Positions 1 through 10,495 are shown, counted from the first letter of the stretch. The stretch: DNA of 64,000 nucleotides from Candidatus Bathyarchaeota archaeon (GCA_963707955.1 OY970176.1:1664001-1728000), one strand, 5' to 3'. A program made the numbers and translations. Notes: generated from the letters alone by a model not told the origin.

Positions 1-85
1 CTAGCGCGCACTGCGGACTAACAATCAAATCGCTCAAATTCTGACGCGTAATATGAAGAATTGCGTTTTGTGAAGGTTATCTGTT

Positions 86-1087
86 ATGACCCTACTCCAG
101 ATGATAGAGACAGAAAAGATGGAAGAAAGAAAGAAAGTGGCACGGTCTCAGCAAACGTTGCCAGATAAGTGTCCGGAATGTGCTAGTGTAAACCTTATCC
201 ATGATTATGATACGGGTGAGACTGTTTGCGGCGACTGCGGACTCGTCTTATACGGGCAAATGATGGATAAAGGACCAGAATGGCGCGCTTTCACTCAGGA
301 AGAGAAAGCCTCAAGAAGCCGCGTTGGGATGCCAACGTCTTATTCTGTCCATGATAAAGGCTTGTCAACGGCCATTAGCCAGATTGACCGTGACGCCTTT
401 GGAAGAAAACTTCCATTATCAACGCGCCTGCTGATGTGGCGCCTGAGGAAATGGCAGATCCGTTCTAGGGCGCATTCTTCAGTTGACAGAAACCTTGCCC
501 AGGCAATGGCTGAGCTTGACCGCCTATCGGACAAGGTCTACATTCCACGGCCAATCAAAGAGAAGGTTGCGGTCATTTACCGTAAAGCCTTAGATAAGAG
601 CTTAGTCCGCGGAAGGTCTATCGCAGCCATAACGGCTGCTGCGGCTTATGCGGCTTGCCGTGGAAGTGGAACTCCAAGAGCACTTCATGAAATCGCAGAG
701 GCAAGCCTAGTCGATAAAAAGGACGTTGCTCGTTGCTACCGGCTTTTGCTACGTGAACTTGACATGCACATGCCCATCCCTGACTCCCTCACGTACGTTT
801 CAAAAATCGCTGAAAGAACAGGAATTTCGGGCAAGACGCAGGGAATTGCTATGCGGATTCTTCGAGAAGCCAGAAAGAAGCGGGCTGCTGTCGGAAAGGA
901 TCCTATGGGGTTGGCTGCTGCAGCACTGTATATTGCTTGTTTGCAGAACAGCGAGAAGAAGACACAGAAGGACATCGCTGAAGCAGCAGGCGTCACTGAG
1001 GTCACGGTGAGAAACCGCTACAAGACCCTGAAAAGGCAGTTGAAGCTAGAAGTACCAGAACAGTCATCTTTGCTTTCTTCCTCGTAG
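86..1087 (+). CDS. tfb: transcription initiation factor IIB
   Basis: N-terminal Zn ribbon CPEC...CGDCG, B-reader GPEWRAF, two cyclin repeats (RGRSI; GKDPMGLAAAALY; TQKDIAEAAGVTEVTVRNRY). Confidence 0.97.
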   Translation: MTLLQMIETEKMEERKKVARSQQTLPDKCPECASVNLIHDYDTGETVCGDCGLVLYGQMMDKGPEWRAFTQEEKASRSRVGMPTSYSVHDKGLSTAISQIDRDAFGRKLPLSTRLLMWRLRKWQIRSRAHSSVDRNLAQAMAELDRLSDKVYIPRPIKEKVAVIYRKALDKSLVRGRSIAAITAAAAYAACRGSGTPRALHEIAEASLVDKKDVARCYRLLLRELDMHMPIPDSLTYVSKIAERTGISGKTQGIAMRILREARKKRAAVGKDPMGLAAAALYIACLQNSEKKTQKDIAEAAGVTEVTVRNRYKTLKRQLKLEVPEQSSLLSSS

Positions 1088-1161
1088 ATTCAAACGATAG
1101 GGCGCGCGCTAAAATCGTCTAGAGGAGCTGCCTCTAAATGTGCGTGAAAGGCTAGATTATG

Positions 1162-1290
1162 CTAAGCACTTGGTTTTATTTCTCCTCTGAAAACGTGGTA
1201 ACACCTGTCTGAGCAGAAGCCTTGAAAATCATTGTCTGGCATGAACAGGTTTCCACAAGCTTTACACTTCCGCTTAGCCTCTTCGTGCAT
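1162..1290 (-). CDS. small Zn-finger protein (42 aa, CxxCG...FCSxxC), not in ORF track
   Basis: Manual translation: MHEEAKRKCKACGNLFMPDNDFQGFCSDRCYHVFRGEIKPSA*; purine-rich upstream sequence. Confidence 0.6.
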   Translation of the reverse strand: MHEEAKRKCKACGNLFMPDNDFQGFCSDRCYHVFRGEIKPSA

Positions 1291-1909
1291 TCACTTCTTC
1301 CCCAAATCAGGATATCCTCTTGATTGGTTATATGTTTAACCGAAGGTGAAGGCTACCTCTTCGTGCACAAAGCGGGCGCTTTGCTCAATTAACTTTGATT
1401 GATCGACCAATGTCTGGTGAAATGGAAAAGATACGGAAGAAGCTTGATGGATTTGAAGAGGAAATGACACGCGCGCGTCACTTCTGGTGGACTGAGATCT
1501 TCCGCATCAGCTTCCTGAACAGGGAATACTACTACAAAGGGAGATTGAATCTTGTACCTTGTGTCACTAATGTGCGCTTAAATCTTAGCGCTGACAATTT
1601 CAACTCAATGAAGCAAACAAGAAAACCTGGGCGACCACGGGAATGGGTCTTGAACGAAGAAACCATTGAAATTAAAGGAAATAGAGTATCTAGTTTGGAG
1701 AAGGTTGAAGAGAACTCGGCAATCCAATTTCGTTGTTCGGGAGATATCTCCACTTGCCTGTTTTCTGGGCAACTTGCAAAGTCAATGAAGAAGATGCTAT
1801 TGGTGAGAGGACGCCAGTCCCAAGAGAAAGTCCTAAAATAGCAAGATAACATTAGAAATGAGACTTAGATTGGCCGTCTGCCTAGTTGGATAAATGCGGC
1901 GTTGTCAAT

Positions 1910-3019
1910 ATGAAATATGAGGTTAAATGCTCAGCGTGCGGCTATCATTCGAGCAATCTGCTTGATTTCAGGTGCTCTTCGTGTGGCATGCCATTGGACA
2001 TACAACTTCACCTCGATTTTGAAACTAAGATAATTTCTAGGAAAGATTTCTCAGTTTGGCGATACAGAAGATTCTTTCCCTACGTAAAAGAGAGTGAGAT
2101 CGTGAGGCTCGGAGAAGGATGGACACCTCTGGTCAGATTCTCTGAGCATGTCCACTTCAAACTTGAAAGCCTGAACCCAACGGGTTCCTTCAAAGACAGA
2201 GGATCCGCATTGCTTGTCTCTGCTCTTCACAAGCTGATAAAGAAGAGAAGAGGCTACATTTCCGAAGACTCTTCGGGTAACGCGGGCGCATCGATCGCCG
2301 CATACGCAGCCCGCGCTGGGTTGAGGGCGAAGGTATATGTTCCAGAAACCGTCTCGGGTCCAAAATTCAACCAGATCCAATTTTACGGAGCTGACGTTGT
2401 TAGGGTCTCTGGAAGCCGGAGCAAGGTTGCGGAGGAAGCGCAGAAACGTGAAACTGGAAAATTCTACATCGGTCACATACTCCATCCGTTGTTCCGTGAC
2501 GGAATAAGAAGCCTAGCTTATGAGATGGCTGAACAGCTCGGCTGGGAGGCCCCGGACCGTGTCTATTTGCCCGTCTCCGCTGGAACTTTGCTGCTGGGCG
2601 TTGTAAGCGGATTTCAACATTTGGTCGGCTCAAACGTGATAGAATCAATGCCGAAAATAGTGGCTTGCCAAACGAGGCAGGTCTCGCCGCTTTATCATCG
2701 CTTTAAGAACTTGAGCTACAAGCCACCTGAGACTGTAACGTCGGTTGCTGACGCCTTGGTGAGTGTCGATCCGCCGCTGTTGGAGCTTATGGTTAAGAAC
2801 TTGAAGGAAGTAAACGGCGACGCGGTCATTGTTGAAGAAGAAGAGATAGTTGAAGCCTTCAAAGAGCTTGCGGGAAGAGGCTTCTACGTGGAGCCGAGCT
2901 CTGCCGTTGCTTACGCTGGCTACAAGAAACAAGCCGAGAACAAAGAGATACCGATTGGCAGTAGCGCTGCAATAGTTTTGACCGGAGCTGGTTTGAAAAC
3001 AGCAACGATCCGACCCTAA
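1910..3019 (+). CDS. thrC: threonine synthase-like PLP enzyme
   Basis: N-terminal CxxC..CxxC, LGEGWTPL, NPTGSFKDRG (PLP Lys), SSGNAGAS, EPSSA, LTGAGLK. Confidence 0.85.
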   Translation: MKYEVKCSACGYHSSNLLDFRCSSCGMPLDIQLHLDFETKIISRKDFSVWRYRRFFPYVKESEIVRLGEGWTPLVRFSEHVHFKLESLNPTGSFKDRGSALLVSALHKLIKKRRGYISEDSSGNAGASIAAYAARAGLRAKVYVPETVSGPKFNQIQFYGADVVRVSGSRSKVAEEAQKRETGKFYIGHILHPLFRDGIRSLAYEMAEQLGWEAPDRVYLPVSAGTLLLGVVSGFQHLVGSNVIESMPKIVACQTRQVSPLYHRFKNLSYKPPETVTSVADALVSVDPPLLELMVKNLKEVNGDAVIVEEEEIVEAFKELAGRGFYVEPSSAVAYAGYKKQAENKEIPIGSSAAIVLTGAGLKTATIRP

Positions 3020-3135
3020 CCGCGGTAGTCTGCCAAAGTTTATGTTCAAAATCTAACTTCTACCCGTTCCTTTTAGAAAAACTTATATTGTGAGGCTGTT
3101 TTTCATTGTGACGCAAAAGGAGGTTTGTTTAAGGT

Positions 3136-4795
3136 TTGTCATCACAATCAGCTGGCGGTGTTCCAGTTCTAGTGTTGAAAGAAGGCTCTAGTCGCTCTAA
3201 AGGGCGAGAAGCTCTGCACACAAACATTGAAGCTGCTAGAATAGTGGCTGAGACTGTGAAGAGTTCCCTCGGACCAAAGGGCATGGACAAGATGCTCGTG
3301 GACAGTTTTGGCGACGTTACCATAACAAGCGACGGACGGACAATTTTGGACGAGATGGACATTCAGCATCCAGCTGCAAAAATGATGCTGGAGGTCGCGA
3401 AGACCCAGGACAACGAAGCAGGCGATGGAACAACAACCGCGGTCATAATATCCGGCGAATTGCTCAACAAGGCTCAAGAGCTTGTTGAAAGAAGTGTTCA
3501 CCCAACGATAATAATCGACGGATACAAGAAAGCTTCGGATAAAGCACTGGAAGTTCTGGAAAAAATCGCTATTTCGATAGACCCGACTTCCACAGATTAC
3601 CCGAAGAAGGTCGCAATGACCTCGATGGCAAGCAAGCTCGTGGCTGAGCACAGAGAGTATCTGGCTGACCTAGTGGTTAAGGCGATTTTGGCTGTCGCAG
3701 AGAAGGACGGTGACAAGTATAAGGCGGATGTGGACGACGTGAAAGTCGAGAAGAAACCAGGCGAGTCAACGGCGGAAACGAAGCTTATTCAAGGAGTAGT
3801 CCTTGACAAGGAAATCGCTCATTCAGGTATGCCTAAGCGCGTCGAAAAGGCCAAGATAGCTCTGCTTGACTGCCCCCTTGAGATCGAGAAGACCGAGTTT
3901 GACGCAAAGATCAACATTGAAAGCCCGGAGCAGATGGATGCCTTCCTCAAGCAGGAGGAGGACATGCTGCGCGACATGGCTGAAAAGATTGCGAAGACTG
4001 GTGCCAACGTTGTTCTGTGCGAGAAAGGTATCGACGACATGGTCCAGCACTTCCTTGCCAGAAAAGGGATACTTGCGGTTCGAAGGAACAAAAAGTCAGA
4101 CATGGAGAAACTGGCCAAGGCTACTGGAGGAAAAATAGTGACCAACCTTGACGGCATGACTTCGGCAGACCTGGGCTATGCTGCTCTCGTTGAAGAACGC
4201 AAGATAGGCGACGACAAGATGACCTTCATAGAAGGATGCAAGCATCCCAAGGCCGTTACCATACTGATAAGAGGTGGAACCCAACGCATCGTTGACGAAG
4301 CAGAACGGTCAGTGCACGACGCCTTGTGCGTGGTCAGAGACGTGGTTGAAGAACCAAAAATCGTCGCGGGAGGAGGAGCCCCAGAACTAGAAGTTTCACG
4401 TATGCTCAAGAAATACGCCGAAACTCTGCCAGGAAGAGAACAGTCTTGCAGTCAAAGCCTTCGCAGAGGCTCTTGAAGCCGTGCCGATCACGCTGACAGA
4501 AAACGCGGGACTAGACCCGATTGACATAATATCTGACCTCAGAGCACGACATGAAAAAGGCGAAACGTGGGCAGGCATAGAAGTTAACAACGGAAAAGTA
4601 CAGGACATGGCCAAAGCAGGAGTCTATGAACCCTTGGCAGTCAAGAAACAAATAGTGAAGTCAGCAACGGAAGCTTCTACGATGATACTGAAGATTGACG
4701 ACGTAATCGCTTCTGGAAAAATGAAAGCTCCCCCGGGACCTCCAGGAGGCCCAGGCGGCCCAGGAGGCGGGTACCCAGGAATGGGGGAGTACTAG
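3136..4795 (+). CDS. ths: thermosome (group II chaperonin) subunit; one frameshift near 4444, probably a sequencing indel
   Basis: [23 protein letters not shown]; ORF 4481-4795 supplies the C-terminus ([13 protein letters not shown] tail); removing one base restores [13 protein letters not shown]. Confidence 0.93.
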
Positions 4796-4798
4796 AAA

Positions 4799-5056
4799 AC
4801 GTCTGAGACAAAACGGATCACGATCGGACCGCCAAAGCTCACCCGTTTTGAGAAGGCAAGAATAGCGGGGGCTAGGGCCCTGCAAATATCTATGGGTGCA
4901 CCCATTCTTGTCGAGGTCTCAGAAGGCTTTTCAGGTCCGATAGACATAGCGCTGAAGGAACTCAACGCTGGCATCCTGCCGATGACTATAAGACGAACAT
5001 TGCCCGACAAAACTTTCCAGGACATTCCGCTAAAGTGGCTCTTGGAAGAGCGTTAG
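4799..5056 (+). CDS. rpoK: DNA-directed RNA polymerase subunit K (Rpo6), not in ORF track; apparent ACG start
   Basis: Manual translation ..[48 protein letters not shown].. matches the Rpo6/RPB6 signature. Confidence 0.92.
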   Translation, partial: TSETKRITIGPPKLTRFEKARIAGARALQISMGAPILVEVSEGFSGPIDIALKELNAGILPMTIRRTLPDKTFQDIPLKWLLEER

Positions 5057-5060
5057 AAAC

Positions 5061-5609
5061 TCATTTTTCTTTTTCTGATTTTTCTAGAATCTCTTTTGCG
5101 GCCACTAGCGTTTTTCTGATTCTCGTCCAGTGTGCGCCTTGCCAGTATATCTGGCCGCAGTTCGGGCATTTCCAAAACTCTTTGTAATGGTCAAACGTGC
5201 TTCTTTCAACCTTGCCCTCAGCCTGCTTTCTGGACACAGGCTTCACTGTTGAGTTGCACTTTGGACATCTGGATGACGCCATGTCTATTTCCAGTCTGAC
5301 ATCGTACCTCTTGGCAATCTCCGCCAGTTTTTCTTCTCCAGTCAATCCTTCCAGGTAGAAAGCGTCGATTCCTCTGGCATTGGCGCGTTGATAAAGTTCG
5401 AAGTCCCTCGTCAGCAAGATTCTTTTCTCCTTTTTCGCTATCATCAGAAGTTGCAGGTCGTCCAAACTGTTCGAGTACTTCACGTCCTGTCCCAGCATGC
5501 GAAGCCAACGTGTCAGTTTTCCAAGCATGCCGTCGGCGACGAACCTCAAATGGTCACTGTCTCCGAACGACTCTGCCGCTTCCCGGTTTACCAATGATTT
5601 CACCTTCAT
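5061..5609 (-). CDS. Mut7-C RNase (PIN-like) domain protein
   Basis: FVADGMLGKLTRWLRMLG, RILLTRD, RCPKCN..FWKCPNCGQIYWQGAHW. Confidence 0.9.
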   Translation of the reverse strand: MKVKSLVNREAAESFGDSDHLRFVADGMLGKLTRWLRMLGQDVKYSNSLDDLQLLMIAKKEKRILLTRDFELYQRANARGIDAFYLEGLTGEEKLAEIAKRYDVRLEIDMASSRCPKCNSTVKPVSRKQAEGKVERSTFDHYKEFWKCPNCGQIYWQGAHWTRIRKTLVAAKEILEKSEKEK

Positions 5610-6894
5610 CCATGATCAGCTGTCCGCCAACGAACGTTTTTGCAGGTTTTCCCTCGACCTCCCATCCATCAAAAGGAGAAAACTTGGCCTTAGAATGAAA
5701 GCCGGACGCGTCAATCCTGAACTTTTTGCGTAGGTCCACAACGGTCAAGTCGGCGTTGTTTCCTTCTCTCAAATATCCTTTGCCCTTCAGGTTGAAGATC
5801 TCAGCGGGCTTCTCCGACATGAGTCTCGCCACATCACCAATCGACATTCGCCTTCGTTTGACTTGGGTCAGCAGGAGCGGAAGAGTTGTCTCTAGCCCAG
5901 GTATGCCGACTTTGACGTCCCAAACGGTCTCAGCCTCCTTTTCTCCGATGGTATGAGGAGCGTGGTCCGAGGCTACGATGTCGACCCAACCGTTTCTAAT
6001 CCCCTCCCATAACGCTTCAGCGTGCTGTTTTTCTCGAACGGGCGGCACAGTCACACCCAACGTCCCCGCCCTCTTCAAGTCATCAGCAGTCAGAAGCAGG
6101 TGGTGCGGTGTTGCTTCGCAAGATATCAGCATTCCAGACTTCTTTCCAGCGGCAATGGCTCTCAAACCATTCTGTGTGCTGATGTGGCAGAAATGCGCGT
6201 GGACGTTACCCTGCTTGACCATGTCCAGAACACGTGTTACAGCTCTCAACTCCACGTTTTCCGAGTGAGCCTTGAGGAAAGCAGCAACATCATTCTGCCT
6301 ACGGCGTCGTAGCTCACCCTCAGCTCTCTTCAACATCTGCTCGTCTTCTGCGTGAACACAGGTCGAAACTTGAAGCTTGCCGACAGCCTTGAACGCTTCC
6401 AGCATAGCTTCATCATCGTTTACCTCCAACCCGCCGACCTGATTGGCCATGAAAAGCTTGAAACCCACAGCACCTTCTCGCACAATTCCCTCTATCTCCC
6501 CAACATCTCCTGGGAATTCAGAGCGGAAGCCAACGTCGACCAGAATCCTTGCTTCCGCAATCTTCATTCGATTCCTCAAAGCCTCAGCACTCATCGTTAC
6601 TGGTTCGTTGTTAGGCATGTCAAGAACAGTCGTCATCCCACCCGCAGCAGCAGCGGCTGTGCCTGAGAGAAAGTCTTCTTTGTACGATTTGCCCTCATCT
6701 CGAAGATGCACATGAGCGTCGATCAGCCCAGGGAAAACTAGACGATTCTTTAGGTCGAATTTTGCGTCGGCGGTTGGCATGCTCGATTCTCTGCCTATCT
6801 TGAAAATCCTCCCTTCGTTGAAGGCGATGCTGCAGTCTACTATTGCCTGTTTAAAGTAAGCTTTGGCATTTGCCAAGACGGAATCAACTATCAA
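5554..6894 (-). CDS. pyrC: dihydroorotase (amidohydrolase family)
   Basis: PGLIDAHVHLRD, GGMTTVLDMPN, HAED, EATPHHL, ASDHAPH, GIPGLET. Confidence 0.9.
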   Translation of the reverse strand: MIVDSVLANAKAYFKQAIVDCSIAFNEGRIFKIGRESSMPTADAKFDLKNRLVFPGLIDAHVHLRDEGKSYKEDFLSGTAAAAAGGMTTVLDMPNNEPVTMSAEALRNRMKIAEARILVDVGFRSEFPGDVGEIEGIVREGAVGFKLFMANQVGGLEVNDDEAMLEAFKAVGKLQVSTCVHAEDEQMLKRAEGELRRRRQNDVAAFLKAHSENVELRAVTRVLDMVKQGNVHAHFCHISTQNGLRAIAAGKKSGMLISCEATPHHLLLTADDLKRAGTLGVTVPPVREKQHAEALWEGIRNGWVDIVASDHAPHTIGEKEAETVWDVKVGIPGLETTLPLLLTQVKRRRMSIGDVARLMSEKPAEIFNLKGKGYLREGNNADLTVVDLRKKFRIDASGFHSKAKFSPFDGWEVEGKPAKTFVGGQLIMDEGEIIGKPGSGRVVRRQ

Positions 6895-7184
6895 GTCTCG
6901 TAGTGCTCCTCATCACTGAAATAACGTGGAATGGACATGTTAAAAGTTTATTCACTCTGCGAGTGAGATATCCCCGCAAAACCCCTTTTTTTCTCTTATT
7001 CATGCATCCAGCGCACGCTTTTTGGCTTTGAGATAAAACTTTACCCCCAAACCCAAACACTAATTAGCCTTTCAAGAAGCACAGGCACTGACAGATATTT
7101 GCCAATGTAACTGATCCCCCTTAGTGCATGAAGTAACAGTAGTGGTAATGTTGCGGGGTAACACACACACACATGACGGCAGAT

Positions 7185-7427
7185 CAGGAAAATTCTACCG
7201 CCATTCCGTCAACCCCAAAAGCTTCTTTGAACCCCAACGCCTTCACCGTTTCAACCAACTCCCTCTGCGTCGAAGGAACAATTATGCGAAACCTATTCAC
7301 ACCACCTTTTTCAACCACGCGTCAAGCCGCATCCAAAAGCGGTTTCTCAACGCCCAGCTTCCTACCCTCTACGTTAGCGTGTACGAAACCGATCCTGCCC
7401 ACTTCGCTAGGAGTCGTGTACGAAACT
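7185..7427 (-). pseudogene. C-terminal fragment of a GNAT-like gene with an internal TGA, ending at the IS insertion site
   Basis: Minus-strand translation ..GRIGFVHANVEGRKLGVEKPLLDAA*RVVEKGGVNRFRIIV..VKALGFKEAF..; no start codon. Confidence 0.4.
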
Positions 7428-7437
7428 TAGCGCGCGC

Positions 7438-8544
7438 CAGCTTGTTGCAAAATTATTGAAGTTGACATGTTGCTGTTTAAGCTTGTTTGAGCTTGAATAG
7501 TTAGGGTGAAGGATGGAGAAACCTGAATTTTCATGTGCCATCCTGTCAAAACTGAACCTTTTCGACATCGAGCAAGTCGTCAACGGAGCCTACCACAGAA
7601 AAGATAGTCCGGGAAGGCCGCCCAGAAAGCCGATGGGCATCTTCAAAGCGTTAATCGTTAAACGGCTTCAGCAGATTCCCAGCGAGAGGGAACTCTGCAA
7701 ACGGTTGTGGCAGGACGATAACTTGAGGGAACTCTGTGACTTAGAGGCTGAGCAGAGGCCGTATCATCCTTCGCAGCTGTCGCGATTCAAGAAGCGCATA
7801 GGAACCAGAAGACTTCAGCGCATCATGAACAAACTGCTCAAGGAATGTCTAGAGGCGGATTGATTAGCGGCGAAACCGTGGTTTTGGACGCTACGTTCGT
7901 CAAGGCTTACAGCAGGCGAGACCCGCACGATAACAGTCGTGGAAAGTCGGATCCCGAAGCCAGGGTCGGCAGGAACGGCAAAACCTACGAGCTCGGCTAC
8001 AAACTGCACATTGCGACAGACGTGAAGTCCGAAATGCCGATAGCGGTTATCCCGGCTTCAGCTAACGAGAACGAGAAGGAACATGCTCCAGCGCTCTTTC
8101 GCAAGGCTTGGAAGGCAACTGAGCAGCAGATGAAAACGTTTATCGCGGATTCGCAGTACTCCAGCAGAAAACTCAGAGAACAGCTTTCAGCATACGGCGT
8201 GAAGGCTGTAATTCCATATCCTGCAAACCAGAACAGGAAGGAGGCTGATGTGTTGCGGGTTGACAAGTATTTCAGGACTCATGGTCCAGTTGAGGAAAAG
8301 CAAGTTTACACGTTGAGAGGCGCCGTTGAACGGGTGAATTCACGGCAGAAGGAGCAGTCTCTGCCTCGAAAAGCACAGGGCCAGAGGACTCAAATGCATA
8401 ACTACACACGCATTGCTCTGCGTGATTGCCATGCTGGTAAATGCGGTTGTAGCGTTGAGGCTGAACATGCCGGAAAAAGCCAGAGATCACCATGCTAACA
8501 AGATAAACAGAAATTAACAAAGAAATCGATTTAGCAACAGGCTG
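7438..8544 (+). mobile_element. insertion sequence (IS4/IS5-superfamily-like DDE), about 1.1 kb, 16-bp imperfect TIRs, flanked by GCGC duplication
   Basis: Left end CAGCTTGTTGCAAAAT; right end reverse complement CAGCCTGTTGCTAAAT; GCGC at 7434-7437 and 8545-8548. Confidence 0.85.
7513..8498 (+). pseudogene. DDE transposase (DUF772-like N-terminus + DDE_Tnp_1-like core), frameshifted near 7850 and near 8360
   Basis: GRPP..IFKAL..SEREL..SQLSRF; VLDATFV, SDPEARVG..GYKLH, ADSQY, RGAVERVNSR; split over two ORFs. Confidence 0.85.
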
Positions 8545-8551
8545 GCGCTCT

Positions 8552-9271
8552 TTAAGCGTGCCAAATACCATAAATAAGAACAGCACCTAACACAATCAAG
8601 ACAATGCAAAGTATAGACAAATATGGTTGACCGTATTGGAACATAAGCGACAATATCAAACCTAATACTCCCATAATTACGAACGCAATTCCAACCACTT
8701 TTACAAAATCCGCACTATCCAAGTCTGTCACGCTACATGAGGTAAAGGCAAAGATTAGCGGTCTAAAGCCTCTTCTCTTGCCAAATCGGTATCCTAGGTA
8801 GCCCCCTATCACATAGGATAGTAAAAAATATGGGAATAAAACAAAAGGCTCTCCTGTCACCGCCGAAAGGAGAAGGACACGGTTCAAGAGAAAGGTTATT
8901 GCGGACCATATGAGGAAGCCGAAGATGAATATTCCGAAGATTGTCCAATACCATTGCCAGAATTTGAGGCTTGCTATTTGGTAAATCTTGAAGTAAATCT
9001 TGAAGCCAGCAAAAGTCACGAGCGGAGCTATGATGGTGTAGAGCAAAACATCTTCCAACGTAGCATAGCCAGTTAGTTTGATGAAGTAGTCTAGCCAAAT
9101 GAACAGAAGCAAGGCAACGTAGCCAGATATCGCCAACCACTTCATGGGTCTGATTGATGTGCTTTTTTGGTTTTTGGCACGTGTTGCTCTTATTCTTTGA
9201 TGGCTCGGCAAAGTGGGTTCTTTGGGAAGCCAGCCTCGAATGCGATCTTCCAAGTACTTCTTCGGATTCAT
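8552..9271 (-). CDS. multi-pass membrane protein with N-terminal IRGWLPKEP motif
   Basis: About 6 hydrophobic segments; overlaps the upstream HTH gene by 4 nt. Confidence 0.75.
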   Translation of the reverse strand: MNPKKYLEDRIRGWLPKEPTLPSHQRIRATRAKNQKSTSIRPMKWLAISGYVALLLFIWLDYFIKLTGYATLEDVLLYTIIAPLVTFAGFKIYFKIYQIASLKFWQWYWTIFGIFIFGFLIWSAITFLLNRVLLLSAVTGEPFVLFPYFLLSYVIGGYLGYRFGKRRGFRPLIFAFTSCSVTDLDSADFVKVVGIAFVIMGVLGLILSLMFQYGQPYLSILCIVLIVLGAVLIYGIWHA

Positions 9272-9735
9272 AATTCTGCATCCGGAACCAACTTACGGAA
9301 TACTATACGGGCCAGCTTGGCTGGGTGAATCGTTGTGGCGTCTTCTATTTCTAAGTCTCTTTCTTTGGCTATGTCGAGCAAATACTCTCTGGTCTGCTTG
9401 AGGAAGTCTTGGTTGGTTTCTTCTTCGGGGTTATTGTGCCAGTACCACACTTTGATTCCGTGGCTTGTGGTGTAGGTGACAACAGCTTTCCGTTTAAGGA
9501 CTGGATGATAACCAATGAGTAACGCTTCTTTTGGGTGCAATTCTGTTACTTGGAGATCGTTGACCCGCGCAACCTCCATCAGCGCCTTGGATAGTTTTGC
9601 TTCTGCTGTTTGTCTGGTCTGGTTGACGTACTGCCTACTGGTCTTAAGCCTATCCGCAACATCAGCTACGGATAGCCCTTTGCTTGTCAAAGACCAAACG
9701 ATTTTTTGCTTTTGGCTAAGTGGCGAAGCAAACAA
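9268..9735 (-). CDS. HTH domain protein (putative regulator)
   Basis: LSQKQKIVW..GLSVADVADRLKTSRQYVNQT resembles a sigma-region-4/LuxR-type HTH. Confidence 0.75.
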   Translation of the reverse strand: MFASPLSQKQKIVWSLTSKGLSVADVADRLKTSRQYVNQTRQTAEAKLSKALMEVARVNDLQVTELHPKEALLIGYHPVLKRKAVVTYTTSHGIKVWYWHNNPEEETNQDFLKQTREYLLDIAKERDLEIEDATTIHPAKLARIVFRKLVPDAEL

Positions 9736-9868
9736 GTTTATCCCTTCGAGACTATTCAGTAAATAGTTATATATTTACAAATATTTAAGATTTACGCGCA
9801 GGGACGCGCGCGCATGAGCTGGTATGTAGAAGTGTGATGAGAACGAAACTAAGCTTGGAAAGTAAGCA

Positions 9869-9904
9869 AAATTGACACGAACAATTCGATTTAGCAACAC
9901 CCTA
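9869..9904 (+). mobile_element. solo right end of the same IS family as 7438-8544
   Basis: AAATTGACACGAACAATTCGATTTAGCAACACCCTA|GCGCGC resembles the IS right end AAATTAACAAAGAAATCGATTTAGCAACAGGCTG|GCGC. Confidence 0.6.
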
Positions 9905-10080
9905 GCGCGCTTTATGAGCTGAACAGCTTTAGAATGTTCTCACAACGTGTTTACTGTGTTCTTGTTCTTAGGAATTATTCGGCGTTTGAACGCCCCCTTC
10001 GATTTCGTCAGGCCACTTTTCAATCATTCCGTTGTCTTTCATGTGTGTGTTTGGGCGCGCGCTTGCTAAGAGGGGAGCAA

Positions 10081-10260
10081 TCAAAAGTCCCGCACTTCCT
10101 TTTTCCTCGCTTCCCAGTATTCTTTTGCTTCCCCGTATTCCTTTTCTTTCTTGGCTACTCCCGATTTGCGCCTACATTCTGGACATAAGCACTTGCCTGT
10201 GTATTGCACATACCGGGTGTAGAACATCTTCCCGCAATTCTCGCATCGGTGATCGCCCAT
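10081..10260 (-). CDS. small Zn-finger protein (CxxC...CxxC)
   Basis: MGDHRCENCGKMF..CLCPECRRK. Confidence 0.6.
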   Translation of the reverse strand: MGDHRCENCGKMFYTRYVQYTGKCLCPECRRKSGVAKKEKEYGEAKEYWEARKKEVRDF

Positions 10261-10495
10261 GATTTCGCCTTCCGTATAATGGCTATCTTCCAAGGATTTA
10301 ACAGGTTCTGCATTAGTCCACTAATACAAAACAATAGTTCTTGAGAAAGCGCGCGCGCTAAAACATAGGCGAATACACTTGGAAACAATGACTCCTCCTT
10401 GTTGTTCAACAAGCACGGATCAAGTCGGACATTAAGTGAGAAAGTAAATGGGGCTCTCAAAGAATATATGACAGAGCATGAAGATTAAAGAATAA

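Noticed and set aside
1395-1841. 148-aa ORF and its antisense ORF
   Set aside because: No recognisable motif and unconvincing composition; not called.
4430-4481. Frameshifts in ths, histone (37840), rlmE (61845), ECF S component (47485), GT28 (59085), 36870 and 52235 as programmed frameshifting or pseudogenes
   Set aside because: Single-base indels scattered over unrelated, often essential genes, several in homopolymers and with no common slippery motif; most parsimoniously sequencing or assembly errors.
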